Shown: one piece after another, positions 41,970 to 52,372 of the stretch
Position numbering within the stretch: the stretch's first letter is position 1
Layout of the letters: each line of letters begins with the position of its first letter
From: Chamaesiphon sp.
Lineage (GTDB): Bacteria; Cyanobacteriota; Cyanobacteriia; Cyanobacteriales; Chamaesiphonaceae
Direction: 5' to 3'
Length of the DNA stretch: 64,000 nucleotides
Assembly (NCBI GenBank): GCA_965246715.1
Contig: CBDFFH010000009.1
Location: 1-64,000, forward strand
Made by a program: the position numbers and the translations under genes
Notes under the pieces: generated by a model
What the model was told of the DNA's origin: nothing
Database searches by the model: none
The model's input: the letters and a program-made list of their open reading frames with translations, nothing else

Positions 41970-43073
41970 ATGAATGAGCCAAAAAAGCGGGGACGACCGC
42001 GAAAGGATGGTGAATCAGAACAGCCGGAATTGGCAATTTCAAACGGTTATCCAGATTTCCTTGACGTTATCGAGAAGTATCTGGCTGAAGCCAAGTGGAC
42101 TAAACGAGAGTTGATGACAGCGATCGGTTTTGGCGAGACACAACTATATCGTTGGAGTCGTGGCGAGAGCGTCCCACGCAAAGCAACGGTTAATCGAATC
42201 GCCATTCAACTGGCAAATAGGCTAGATGCGATTTATGGCAATCGTCTGAACGATCCCTCTCCAGCAACAGATGCGATCGATAGCTTGCTCAACGAGTTAC
42301 TGGGAGCCGCCGGATTTGCTGCTTCGGTTAGAGGTATCACTGGTGATGATTGCTGGAACAAAATCGCTCAGAATCAATGCTGGACACTGGGCTATACAAT
42401 GGTTTCAGAGTTGGCTATCCCACCAGAACGACGTGGTGGTAAGCCCACAGGAAAAGCTATAGAGTACGCCGAAACGATCGGACGATTACTAGGAATAGAA
42501 ACTCTCTGGGAATATCTTGACTTCAACGTCATGCCAGGTGCGATCAGGCAAAGACAAGTCGATGGCATTGCTCCAATTATGTTGGTGCTGCCAGGAAGAT
42601 TATTCGACTACAGTTTTTCAAATCGATGTAGTGAGACACCCTTCACTTTGACAGCGATCTCCGATCGTCAGCTTATTGATGGTGCCGATTGTTTGGAAGC
42701 CCTGCCAGCAAATAAAGTCGAGCTACTTTTTGTAAAGGGTGAGTTGGGTGATTGGGGTGCAAGTGTCTTATCTAACAAGTATCTTCTCAGACAGAGTTTT
42801 GCTAATGCTGACGAGGCGATTAGTTATATGCAGGGGTTAATCGAGCGGCAGGAGTTAGACAAAATACCCGTATTACTCATTGACAATAGCACTGGCGGAT
42901 ATCTAGTCGATCGAGAAAATGATAGAGGTCAACCTAAGCTATTGCAGATTGAAATCAAAAGCGTCAACCTAACAACGTTTAATTCTTTTGCATTTCATCC
43001 AGATGAGAAAATGCTGGTTAATGCAGTCAACCAGTCCATTCCACTTACTCCATATATTCAAATCAAAAACTAG
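41970..43073 (+). CDS. Transcription regulator: AT-hook + XRE HTH + family-3 solute-binding domain
   Basis: KKRGRPRK; ELMTAIGFGETQLYRWSRGESVP; G.AIEYAETIGRLLG..DF..M..AI....VD SBP-like segment; no signal peptide. Confidence 0.7.
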   Translation: MNEPKKRGRPRKDGESEQPELAISNGYPDFLDVIEKYLAEAKWTKRELMTAIGFGETQLYRWSRGESVPRKATVNRIAIQLANRLDAIYGNRLNDPSPATDAIDSLLNELLGAAGFAASVRGITGDDCWNKIAQNQCWTLGYTMVSELAIPPERRGGKPTGKAIEYAETIGRLLGIETLWEYLDFNVMPGAIRQRQVDGIAPIMLVLPGRLFDYSFSNRCSETPFTLTAISDRQLIDGADCLEALPANKVELLFVKGELGDWGASVLSNKYLLRQSFANADEAISYMQGLIERQELDKIPVLLIDNSTGGYLVDRENDRGQPKLLQIEIKSVNLTTFNSFAFHPDEKMLVNAVNQSIPLTPYIQIKN

Positions 43074-43084
43074 AGGGTAACAAA

Positions 43085-43777
43085 ATGAGCCAGCAGATCG
43101 ACATTCAAGAGCTAATTTCACTGATCCTAAATTCCGAGAAGCTATTTATAAACACCAAGATTCGTGAAGAATTGATTGCATGTATCTTGAATTCAAGTAA
43201 ATTGGTTGAATTTGGTGAAGGCTTTTACTTCATTAGACATGATTTTTGCAAGCTAAATTTCATAGTTGGTGCAAGATGTTCTAATGATGAAATGCTCTGG
43301 TCTGGCTTGGCTAAGAATTTAGTGGAAGAGCTAGGCGGCAAGAGCGGTATCAGTCACAACAAACTCTATTGTGACTTTCTAAAGTCTATTGGAGCCAAAA
43401 CGGAAAATGAATTAGACTGCCCTACCTTCGCTCAAGAATTTAATGATCGCTGGGAAGAATTTGCTAGAACCGCCCCTCTAATGGAGGCTTTATCGGCAAT
43501 AGCTATCTACGAAATTTTTGACGTTCCAGATTACCAGATGTTTTTAGAAATACTAGAACGAGCGAAAGTACCAAAAGAAGGACTAATATTCTTCAGGGTT
43601 CATGCAAATGCTCACCACTTTGAAATGTTTGAAGATACGGTAGCTTGGATACTCACTCAAGAAAGTGGTCAAGAAGCATTCGATCGAGCCAAAGATTTTG
43701 TATTTGATACTCAAAGAAAAATGTGGATTGGCCTAACAGAATTCCTCCAGTCAAAACAATTAGTAGCCGCAAATTAA
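43085..43777 (+). CDS. Heme-oxygenase-like diiron enzyme (PqqC/CADD/TenA-like, HDO)
   Basis: NLVEELG..SH..LY..FL, AIYE and FFRVH..AHH metal-ligand pattern. Confidence 0.75.
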   Translation: MSQQIDIQELISLILNSEKLFINTKIREELIACILNSSKLVEFGEGFYFIRHDFCKLNFIVGARCSNDEMLWSGLAKNLVEELGGKSGISHNKLYCDFLKSIGAKTENELDCPTFAQEFNDRWEEFARTAPLMEALSAIAIYEIFDVPDYQMFLEILERAKVPKEGLIFFRVHANAHHFEMFEDTVAWILTQESGQEAFDRAKDFVFDTQRKMWIGLTEFLQSKQLVAAN

Positions 43778-43799
43778 AATCTAAAACGGGAGAGATAGA

Positions 43800-44672
43800 A
43801 TGTTAAAAAAATCACTGCTCAGGTATGTATTGCTAGGGTTGTCCCTATTTAGCGTACTCATCTTTAATTTAGCTGGATGCACCAATAGTAATGTGGCACC
43901 TCCCACAGCTACTGCTAGTGCCTCCGTCATGGATCGGGTAGCAACCGATAGCAAAGTCAAAATCGGCTACTTAGTCTTCCCGCCAGCGATTACCAAAAAT
44001 CAAACTAGTGGCGAAATTGGCGGACATCTAATCGATACCATCAAAGAGATTGCCCGACTCAGTAAATGGACACCTGAGTTTGTCGAAACAGATTGGGCGG
44101 GATTTACAACGGGATTAGATTCTGGTCGGTTTGATATTTCCGTCGTGCCAACCTTTGTGACAGTCCCTAGAGCATTATCCATCTACTTTACCAAACCACT
44201 ATTCTTCGCTGGTAACAGTGCGATCGTCCGTGCTGGTGAAACTAAAATTACCACCCTTGCCAGCATCGACAAACCCGAAATTAGAGTCGCCGTCACCCAA
44301 GGTGAAGCGGGGGATGAATACGCTAAGGCAAACTTTAAAAAAGCGAAGATTACCAGCTTTCCAGGTAGCGATCAATCCGCCGCATTCCAAGCTGTAGTCG
44401 CTGGACGCGCCGATATTGCCTTGGGGGATGCTTATGCTACCGCTCAGTTCGCCAAAGCCAATGCAGCCAAGGTCAAAGACCTATTTGCCGCTAATCCCTA
44501 TAACCTCACCCCCGTATCCTGGGCAGTGAGAAAGGGCGACGACAAATTACTCAACTTCCTCAATAGCAGCATTGAAGCCCTCGATTATCAGGGACGCTTA
44601 CGCGAGTTCGAGCAAAAAGCAGGTGCTAACTGGTTGCACCCTAAAAAAGTCTTGGAATTCACTAAAGGCTAA
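43800..44672 (+). CDS. Polar amino-acid ABC transporter substrate-binding lipoprotein
   Basis: Signal peptide with LAGC lipobox; W.GF..GLDSGRFD, AVVAGRAD. Confidence 0.9.
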   Translation: MLKKSLLRYVLLGLSLFSVLIFNLAGCTNSNVAPPTATASASVMDRVATDSKVKIGYLVFPPAITKNQTSGEIGGHLIDTIKEIARLSKWTPEFVETDWAGFTTGLDSGRFDISVVPTFVTVPRALSIYFTKPLFFAGNSAIVRAGETKITTLASIDKPEIRVAVTQGEAGDEYAKANFKKAKITSFPGSDQSAAFQAVVAGRADIALGDAYATAQFAKANAAKVKDLFAANPYNLTPVSWAVRKGDDKLLNFLNSSIEALDYQGRLREFEQKAGANWLHPKKVLEFTKG

Positions 44673-44678
44673 AACCTC

Positions 44679-45353
44679 ATGGGCTGGAACTTTGCGGTCA
44701 TGTGGAATAGTTTTCTACCCCTGTGCCTTGCCATGCTCACCACCATTTGGATTAGCATTGGCACGATTGCCATCGGCACGACTTTAGGGGTGCTGCTGGG
44801 GATTCTATCCCTCACCTCAAATCAATTTGCCTCCAGACTCGCACAGGCATTTATCGAACTATTCCTCGCCCTCCCAGCCCTAGTGATTCTCGTCTGGCTC
44901 TACTATAGTTTGCCGCTGATTTTCCCTGGCTTCATCTTGAGTGGCGATGCCTGTGCTGTGCTGGGGTTAGGATTGAGTTTATCCGCCTTCGTTGCCGACA
45001 TTATCCGAGGTGGCATCAACGCCATCCCCCCAGGGGAACTGGAAGTTGCCTACTGTACGGGAATGACTCGGCTCCAAGCAATTCGCTACATCCTCATCCC
45101 CCAAGTCCTCCAGCGATCTTGGCTGCCGCTGATGGGGCAATATATCACCACCTACAAATTTTCGACCCTAGCATCAGTCATCGCCGTTCCCGAAATCCTG
45201 CATACAGCTAATGCAATCATCGCTCAAACCTATCGCCCATTAGAGATTTACTCGATCGTCGCCTTCATGTTCGTCATCACAATTATGCCGCTCAACCTGC
45301 TCCTCCGCAGACTTCAGCGAGTGAGCAACCTTGGTGGCATGGAGAAAATATAG
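44679..45353 (+). CDS. Polar amino-acid ABC transporter permease
   Basis: Hydrophobic; DIIRGGINAIPPGELEVAYCTGM EAA-like loop. Confidence 0.9.
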   Translation: MGWNFAVMWNSFLPLCLAMLTTIWISIGTIAIGTTLGVLLGILSLTSNQFASRLAQAFIELFLALPALVILVWLYYSLPLIFPGFILSGDACAVLGLGLSLSAFVADIIRGGINAIPPGELEVAYCTGMTRLQAIRYILIPQVLQRSWLPLMGQYITTYKFSTLASVIAVPEILHTANAIIAQTYRPLEIYSIVAFMFVITIMPLNLLLRRLQRVSNLGGMEKI

Positions 45354-45358
45354 TCCCT

Positions 45359-46039
45359 ATGGCAGAAGTACTCCTCCGACTCGAAAACATCCAAAAAAAA
45401 ATCGCTGGCAATACGATCCTCGATAACGTTAGCTTGACACTCGATCGCGGTGAAAGTCTGCTAATTCGCGGTAAGAGCGGCTGCGGCAAAACCACACTGC
45501 TCAGATGTATCGCCCTGCTAGAACAGATCGATCGAGGACAAATCCTGTTCGATGGCAAGGTAGTATCTGAGAAGGGTGTACTCGATCGCACCAAGTACAA
45601 GCCCGAAATCGGGATGGTATTCCAGCAACTCTACCTCTGGCCGCATCTAACCGTCTTAGATAATGTCTCCCTCCCCCTCCATTTGCGCCAAGGCGGACAC
45701 AAAAAACTAGCTGACGGGCTGGCGATCGAAAAACTATTCCAACTCGGCGTAATCGGCAAAGAAACCGCCTATCCCCATCAACTCTCCGGCGGACAAAGAC
45801 AACGAGTTGCCCTCGCCAGAGCCTTAGTCCATTCCCCCAGCCTCCTCCTCCTCGATGAAATCACCGCCAACCTCGATCCCGAAACCGCCAGCGTCGTCCT
45901 CGAACTCGTCGAAAAAATTATCCTCTCCGGTACCACCGTCATCATGATTTCCCACCTACCCGTCACCTCTTCCGTCTGGATGTACGAACTAAACGCCAGC
46001 AACTGGGAGTTGGAAAAAAGACAACAGCGCAATAGCTGA
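45359..46039 (+). CDS. Polar amino-acid ABC transporter ATPase
   Basis: GKSGCGKT, GMVFQ, LSGGQRQR, LLLDE, ISH. Confidence 0.9.
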   Translation: MAEVLLRLENIQKKIAGNTILDNVSLTLDRGESLLIRGKSGCGKTTLLRCIALLEQIDRGQILFDGKVVSEKGVLDRTKYKPEIGMVFQQLYLWPHLTVLDNVSLPLHLRQGGHKKLADGLAIEKLFQLGVIGKETAYPHQLSGGQRQRVALARALVHSPSLLLLDEITANLDPETASVVLELVEKIILSGTTVIMISHLPVTSSVWMYELNASNWELEKRQQRNS

Positions 46040-46476
46040 AATTAATGAGTCCGCGCAATACTAATTTACAAAGGTATTTAACGGCGATCTTCCTGTTATT
46101 CCAAGATATATTCGACTGCTATTGGGCGGTTGAGGTAGTAATTTACCGATATCTCAGCTTCGTAACATGATACTTCTAGAAGCTAGAATGGGTATACTTG
46201 CTAGAGGAACCGCTTAAATTGCTTAGTTAAGTACACATTACTTCTCAATTCCCCAGGCTATGTGTAAAATTGAGGTAAGTTAATAATCTGTCAAAAAATA
46301 TATTTCATAAATATACATAAAAGATATACATTCTCAGTGACACATCCAAAACCTTGTGTACCTTTCGGGCAGAAGTTTTTAGTCATTGTATATATCTAAG
46401 CCACAGACCTAGTTATTATTTAATTAGTAAACATGTTCTTACATATTAAGCTTGAACGGTTTCCCATAGATGAACA

Positions 46477-47238
46477 ATGACATTCTCTAATCCACCGATT
46501 GTTGAAGCCATATTCCATGTAGTAGTAGAGCGTGACAGTGAATTTAATAATGAAACATTAAATGATTATGCTAAGTACATCACAGAAAAATTTCCTGCTT
46601 TCGATCGACAAGAACAAAGATTTCTAAAAAATGACATATCATTTCATTCTGACAATCCACACAACATAACTTCTTCTATTAGCAATATTTTACAAGGATA
46701 TCTTTTAGCATCCAATGATAACCCCAGAGTTATTCAAGCTAATATAGACAACTTCTCCTTTAGTAAATTGCCTCCTTATGGAACATGGGAATCATTCTAC
46801 AAAGAAGCAAATGAATTCTGGGAGAAATACGCTGAGATAACTTCAGTCGATCGAGTCAAACGCCTTGGATTACGCTATCTAAATCGGATTGAAATTCCTT
46901 TTGATAATAGATCTTTTAAGTTACGAGAATACATCAAGATATTCCCTGAAGTCACTGATGATTTATCAGTAACAATTTCTGGACACTTTATGCAAATGTC
47001 TCTTGACTCTGAGCTTTATAAACCGTCCAGAGCAATTGTAAATCAAGCAGTTGGCAATGTAGGCGATATGAAGTCCACTCCTTTAATATTTGATGTTGAA
47101 GTTTTTCAAGATGTAGACCTTACGCATCAAAACAATTCCAAAGAAATAGAATCAATTTTTATTAATAACTTACGAATATTCAAGAATAGTATATTCTTGA
47201 ATAGTATCACTGAAAAATCACAGGAGCTTTTCAAATGA
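46477..47238 (+). CDS. TIGR04255 family protein
   Basis: NPPIVEAIF, PYGTWESF, RLGLRYLNRIEIP, IFDVEVF motifs. Confidence 0.8.
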   Translation: MTFSNPPIVEAIFHVVVERDSEFNNETLNDYAKYITEKFPAFDRQEQRFLKNDISFHSDNPHNITSSISNILQGYLLASNDNPRVIQANIDNFSFSKLPPYGTWESFYKEANEFWEKYAEITSVDRVKRLGLRYLNRIEIPFDNRSFKLREYIKIFPEVTDDLSVTISGHFMQMSLDSELYKPSRAIVNQAVGNVGDMKSTPLIFDVEVFQDVDLTHQNNSKEIESIFINNLRIFKNSIFLNSITEKSQELFK

Positions 47239-47810
47239 TAGTTTCAGAACGTCAAACCATCGCAAAAAGTCCTATTCAAACAGTAACAAAATCAGGTAGT
47301 TACAATGTTATTGCAAGCTCTAGCAAAGGTGAAAGCTGCGAATACAAGCGAGTTGAAGCACAGATAAAGTGTCAAGATCGTACTGAGGTTGCTCACGTAC
47401 TTGAAAGTCCTGATGTTGCTGAATTAGAAAAAAGAGCAGAGGATTTAAGAGACTTATTACTTGAAAATCGTACTGCTTTGTCAGAGCAGGAAATGCGTCT
47501 ACTCAAAGGACTTTTTAATAGTAACAAGCAACTCATTGCTCTGAACAAAAAAACATCTCCATTAATTTTAGTAGCATTAGCAAGTCTTTTAGAGCCACTA
47601 ATTGAAAATCCTGCCTATGCTCAAGACATAGAGTCTATCGTCAAGAGCTTACTAAAATCACCATCAACAAGTTTAAGATATGCTGCTCTAGACATTATCA
47701 CTGCTGGATTAGGAATAGTTCCTGTTGCAGATTCATTACTAAAAGAAGCGAAAATATTGCTAAAAAATGAAGAGCCTGGGTATGTTCTCGAATACTTGGA
47801 GTCTCTTTAA
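47235..47810 (+). CDS. Hypothetical protein (helical C-terminus), middle gene of the cassette
   Basis: ATGA overlap with the TIGR04255 gene. Confidence 0.7.
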   Translation: MIVSERQTIAKSPIQTVTKSGSYNVIASSSKGESCEYKRVEAQIKCQDRTEVAHVLESPDVAELEKRAEDLRDLLLENRTALSEQEMRLLKGLFNSNKQLIALNKKTSPLILVALASLLEPLIENPAYAQDIESIVKSLLKSPSTSLRYAALDIITAGLGIVPVADSLLKEAKILLKNEEPGYVLEYLESL

Positions 47811-47813
47811 TTT

Positions 47814-49788
47814 GTGGAGCAATTTCTTTATTATCGAAGTTTGAGTAAAAGTGCAGATATCTGGAGAAAGGGGAAAAAAATCAGGTTCTACCGAACTTAC
47901 TATGCTAAATCAAGGATTGAAATGCCATGCTAGCAAACTTCTGATCTGAAAATTCTCAAAATTTCTAAACCCATATCCCATTCTTTTTATTAGCTTGAGT
48001 TTATTGTTAATTCCTTCGACGACTCCTTGAGTTGTTCTATTATCAAAATAGGCAATTATTTCACCAATCCATCTTTTAATAGTTCCACAACTCTTGGGGA
48101 ATTTCCCACAAGCATTCTTGAGCCAGTCACACAAGCTTATTAGCCCATTTCCCCAATCTGTTTTTGATTCAAATATATCTCTAAATAACTCTTTTGTTTT
48201 GTGCATTGCTGCTAATTCTGGAAAAACGTCTCCAATCTCTTTCAACTTCTCTTTTTGCAATTCATTCAAATCCGCTTCGTTTTTGAGTATTGCATATTTA
48301 CTGTGAGTTAATGCTGCTAATTTCTTGTTCTTTTCATCTTTGTTCTTCACCCTCTCAGCCTCTCTTTTGATTTTAATTCTCTCTCGATCTAACTCTTCAT
48401 TTATCTGTTTCATTACATGAAATCTGTCTCCAACCACTTCAGCATTTGGTATCAATTCATTTACCAGACTTTTGTATGATGAAAATAGATCGATACTTAC
48501 TTCTGTAATTTGGTTCAAAACCTCCGAACCCCAAGACTTCAAGCACTCACCAATACATTCTTGAGTCCTTTTTGGTAAGATGGCTATTAACTCTCTTTTT
48601 TCTAGATCTACTAACACCGCACAATAGTTTTTTTGCCCTTTAACAAAGGCAATTTCATCAATTCCTAGTCTGGTTAAATTCTCTGGCTTTTTTTGCACTA
48701 GATTTACCCCAGCTTTTTTGATTATTGTCTCCACTTCTTGCTCACTTAATCCATTTCTTTTGGCAACACTTTTAATATCACTAGCTAGACTCTCTTCGAC
48801 AATCTTCTGCTTCATTCGCTCGGTGAAATGACTTCTCTTTTTGATGAAATTTAATTCCTCACTGAATTTTCGACCACAACTCATACACTTGAATTGACGA
48901 CGATTAATTTTAAGGTAAACATCATGTTCACCGAATGGTAGATCTCTCACTGTTAATTGGTGATTCTCATGAAGTTTATTACTTTCAGTTCCACAATGAG
49001 GACACACTGCTTTTAATTGCTGATTTTCTAGATAAATAAAATAACCGATTTCATCTAAGATCTTATAAGCAGTGACGGTCATTCCGTCGATATTAAGAAT
49101 TTCATTAATGGTTTTTAGTTGCGATTTGGATGACATAATGCAATTCAAGCTTATTTGTTGCCAGAAATCAAGATCTTACTATTCTATAATAAAATCTGTC
49201 ATTTATGCTGCACCAAGCTTCCATAACTCAAAATTATCAATTTTGTCAATTAAACTTGATTCTTATCCACTACTTAGCATAGCAAGTTCGGTAGAGCCAA
49301 AAATCAAAGCTTTTCCCCCTGATGTTGAAAAAGAGACATACTTGAGCCACATGACAATGGGAAAAGGATTTCCTTCGATATGGATGTCATCAAACAATGA
49401 AGATCTAGAAAGAATTGCTCTTGGGCTTATGCTATGCAAAGGAAGTCTTGACAGGATAGAATTTGTCGGATTAAATCTATGCTGTTTTGAAAAAACACAA
49501 GTCAAAATTATCCAATCTTCTAATCCTCAATTTCCATTACCTTCGGTTGGCAATCTTCATCATGAATTACACAGCTATAATGACGACAATATTACCGAAT
49601 CAATTGAAATATTCCTATATTGCAATGGAAAGATCGAGAAATTTCCAAAAGTCTCGAATTCAGACACAGAGACAAGTATGCTAAACATAGCAAAGAAGTA
49701 TATCGATGAAATAAGTGGTGAAGTTTATATAAAGAAAGCTAGGGACTGGATTGAAAAATACGGAAAATCTCAAGTAACTGGGAATTAA
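47814..49788 (+). pseudogene. ART-fold (CmdT-like) putative toxin interrupted by ISL3
   Basis: Removing the IS and one AAAAATCA copy joins MEQFLYYRSLSKSADIWRKGKKI to KAFPPD..PSIW..ERIALGL..DRIEFV..HHEL in frame. Confidence 0.6.
47884..49298 (-). mobile_element. ISL3-family IS with intact transposase (47910-49148)
   Basis: TIR GG(T/C)TCTACCGAACTT; 8-bp TSD AAAAATCA; CPHCG, GIDEIA, DRFHV, EGINNKLK. Confidence 0.95.
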
Positions 49789-49840
49789 AAAAGACAGTTG
49801 AATTAAATGGAGTTATTTCTCGATCTACTATAGACGTTAG

Positions 49841-50364
49841 TAGATCTAGGACAAATCCTCTTCGATGGCAAAGTAGTATCAGAAAAAGGTGGACTCGATC
49901 GCGCCAAGCACAAACCAGAAATTGGCATGGTATTCCAGCAACTCTATCTATGGCCGCATCTAACCGTCTTAGATAATGTCTCCCTCCCCCTCCATCTACG
50001 CCAAGGCGGACACAAAAAAATAGCTGATGGACTCGCGATCGAAAAACTATCCCAACTCGGCGTAATCGGCAAAGAAACCGCCTATCTCCATCAACTCTCA
50101 TGCGGACAAAGACAGCGAGTCGCCCTAGCCAGAGCCTTAGTCCATTCCCCAAGTCTTCTCCTCCTCGATGAAATCACCGCCAACCTAGATCCCGAAACCA
50201 CCAGCGTCGTCCTCGAACTCGTCGAGAAAATTATCCTTTCCGGTACCACTTTCATCATGATTTCCCACCTGCCCGTCACATCTCCAGTCTGGATGTACGA
50301 ACTAAACGCCACCAACTGGACATTGGAAACAAGGCAACAGCATCAAGAATTTGAGAATCGATGA
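49841..50364 (+). pseudogene. 5'-truncated diverged duplicate of the ABC ATPase gene
   Basis: Near-identical to about 45525-46030; lacks Walker A; signature changed to LSCGQ. Confidence 0.85.
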
Positions 50365-50697
50365 ATTAGCCTATCCAGGCATGGCAATTATCCCTGAAGG
50401 AGGGCGGATATTGAAATTCGTCGAAATCACCCAACAAGGCATCAGCATCGTGTTAGTAGAACAAAAGATTCATCCGAGTTTTATTAAGTGACAGCGACAT
50501 TGGCAATCGCCTCCCCTGTCACCGATCCGGAGAAATGAGAGTACGATATCGCGCTTTTTCGCTTTATAGTTATTTTAATTAAGAATGATACAACTACCGT
50601 TCAATCGAACCGCTGTTGACAATGGATTGAGCGAATCAGGCTGTCTCAAACTTATTTGGAATGACTATACCAAGGCAAAATAGCGATGCTGACAGCA

Positions 50698-51231
50698 TCA
50701 ACCCATCATCAATCTGATATCTTTGAGCAACTTATACATAGTCAGTGGCGATGCTGGAAATGGCTCGAACCCAAAATGACCATAAAACTTGCCCGCACTC
50801 TCATCTTTAGCATGAACGAGAATCGCCCTAATTCCAGCAATGTCAGCGGCATTTACGGTTCGACGCAAAGCGTCCAACAATAAACCTTGTCCGAGCTTTT
50901 GCCCTTGAAAACGATTATCTACAGCCAACCGCGCCAAAACCATCACGGGGATCGGGTAACGTGCCAACCCTTTACTCAACCCTTCAGGTGACTCAGAATG
51001 CGTGACTTCTCCCACCGTGAGGGTGTAATAACCAACCACCCGTTCGCCAATTAACGCCAGCCAAGTTTGGGCACTGTCTTTCTTCTGATTTTGGGATGCG
51101 TATCGGTGTAAAAACTGATTTAGTGCCTCTACCCCACAATCGAATTCGGCGATCGGTTGCCCAGATGTAAGTTTTTCGATCCGTGGCTGAGAATCGTCTG
51201 TGGCTATGGACATCGTTCGCGTAGCGTTCAC
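50698..51231 (-). CDS. GNAT acetyltransferase toxin (TacT/AtaT-like)
   Basis: FDCGVEALNQFL, LARLAVD..QGQKLGQGLL, VHAKD..FY.HFGF. Confidence 0.9.
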   Translation of the reverse strand: MNATRTMSIATDDSQPRIEKLTSGQPIAEFDCGVEALNQFLHRYASQNQKKDSAQTWLALIGERVVGYYTLTVGEVTHSESPEGLSKGLARYPIPVMVLARLAVDNRFQGQKLGQGLLLDALRRTVNAADIAGIRAILVHAKDESAGKFYGHFGFEPFPASPLTMYKLLKDIRLMMG

Positions 51232-51509
51232 TTTGTGAAATCGAACACACTGGGTGTATTTAGCAGTTGTTGCAGACGGGGATGAGTGCGAGGCGGAGCA
51301 TCAAGAGCTGCCTGGAAAGCATCCCATTGTTCATCGTTGAGACTAAATTGCCGCCGTTCGGCTAGGGTACTTTCTGCTTCTGTCAGAGCGGTATCCAGTA
51401 CGAATTCACTGAGGGTTTTATGACGAGATTGTGCCGCAGCCTGCAACAACCTCTTCGCAGTTGGGGAAAGGCGAATATCTAGCCTTTCTGCCCGTAAATT
51501 AGAAGACAT
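51228..51509 (-). CDS. DUF1778 antitoxin (TacA/AtaR-like)
   Basis: RLDIRL..LQAAA..TLSEFVL..F.AALDAPP; overlaps the toxin. Confidence 0.9.
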   Translation of the reverse strand: MSSNLRAERLDIRLSPTAKRLLQAAAQSRHKTLSEFVLDTALTEAESTLAERRQFSLNDEQWDAFQAALDAPPRTHPRLQQLLNTPSVFDFTK

Positions 51510-51727
51510 ACTCGATCTCTCAGCTATTTAATCTTATTTTACCATAACGTGTGTACGTTGGCGACACAAACCCGATCGCTTGAAATCTTACAACTATGCC
51601 CTCACGAGCATAAAAGCGATTCGACAGCGGATGGAATCGCGCTGAGGCTCCCGCCTGCGGCACGTCTTCGCCTACAGCGTGCGTTCCACCAAGCAGAGCC
51701 GACGCTACGCGAACGAAATAACGAAGC

Positions 51728-52372
51728 TTAATAATGAAAAAAAGGTTGAAGTTGACAGAGCGTTGATAAAAGCTCGGCAACCTTAGCATTAGTATATCGA
51801 TCGGAACGGGGATAAATCAGACAACTGCGTATCTGTCGATTGCGATCTGTATAATTGAGTTTTTGAAGATCGATATCGGGTAGTCTAACTAGGGTATTTT
51901 TTTGACCGATCGTTTTTAGAGTCAGAGAATCGACCATAGTAAAAATTGTCTTCCAGATTTCTGCTGCGTAAGCTTGACTCAGTAAAAAACTATATTTTAA
52001 GTTCTTATACTTAGCAGTAAATCCTGCTACTAACGAAACAATCTTTTGTAACTCCCGATGACATGGGGGTAAAACCTGCCACCAGTGAGCGCGAGTATCG
52101 ATACTAAGAGGTAGACGTTCGAGATAAATATTAAATCTTACAGGATCGCACTCAGACACGATCGCGTGAACTTGGTGGTCACACATCAACTCATCTAATT
52201 GCCAATCTGCAATCGTGTCAAACATGTACCGTTGATATGAGGCTCCATAACACGTTAGCAGAGTTTGTAAGGCGCGATTCGGCAGAGCCGACGCTTCGCG
52301 AACGACTAATTCTCCTCCCGATGATACATAATGAATCAAGGTAAATACCCCGTATTCCGAAAAGATTGCCAA
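51728..52372 (-). CDS. Hypothetical protein
   Basis: 214-aa ORF downstream of the ATPase; start uncertain; contains a 24-nt repeat insertion. Confidence 0.55.
   Translation of the reverse strand: MAIFSEYGVFTLIHYVSSGGELVVREASALPNRALQTLLTCYGASYQRYMFDTIADWQLDELMCDHQVHAIVSECDPVRFNIYLERLPLSIDTRAHWWQVLPPCHRELQKIVSLVAGFTAKYKNLKYSFLLSQAYAAEIWKTIFTMVDSLTLKTIGQKNTLVRLPDIDLQKLNYTDRNRQIRSCLIYPRSDRYTNAKVAELLSTLCQLQPFFHY

Noticed and set aside
49072..49298. N-terminal part of ORF 49072-49788 as a real protein start
   Set aside because: It lies inside ISL3; the true 5' end is at 47814.
51520..51789. 89-aa ORF upstream of the DUF1778 antitoxin
   Set aside because: Mostly composed of compound mini-repeat insertions.
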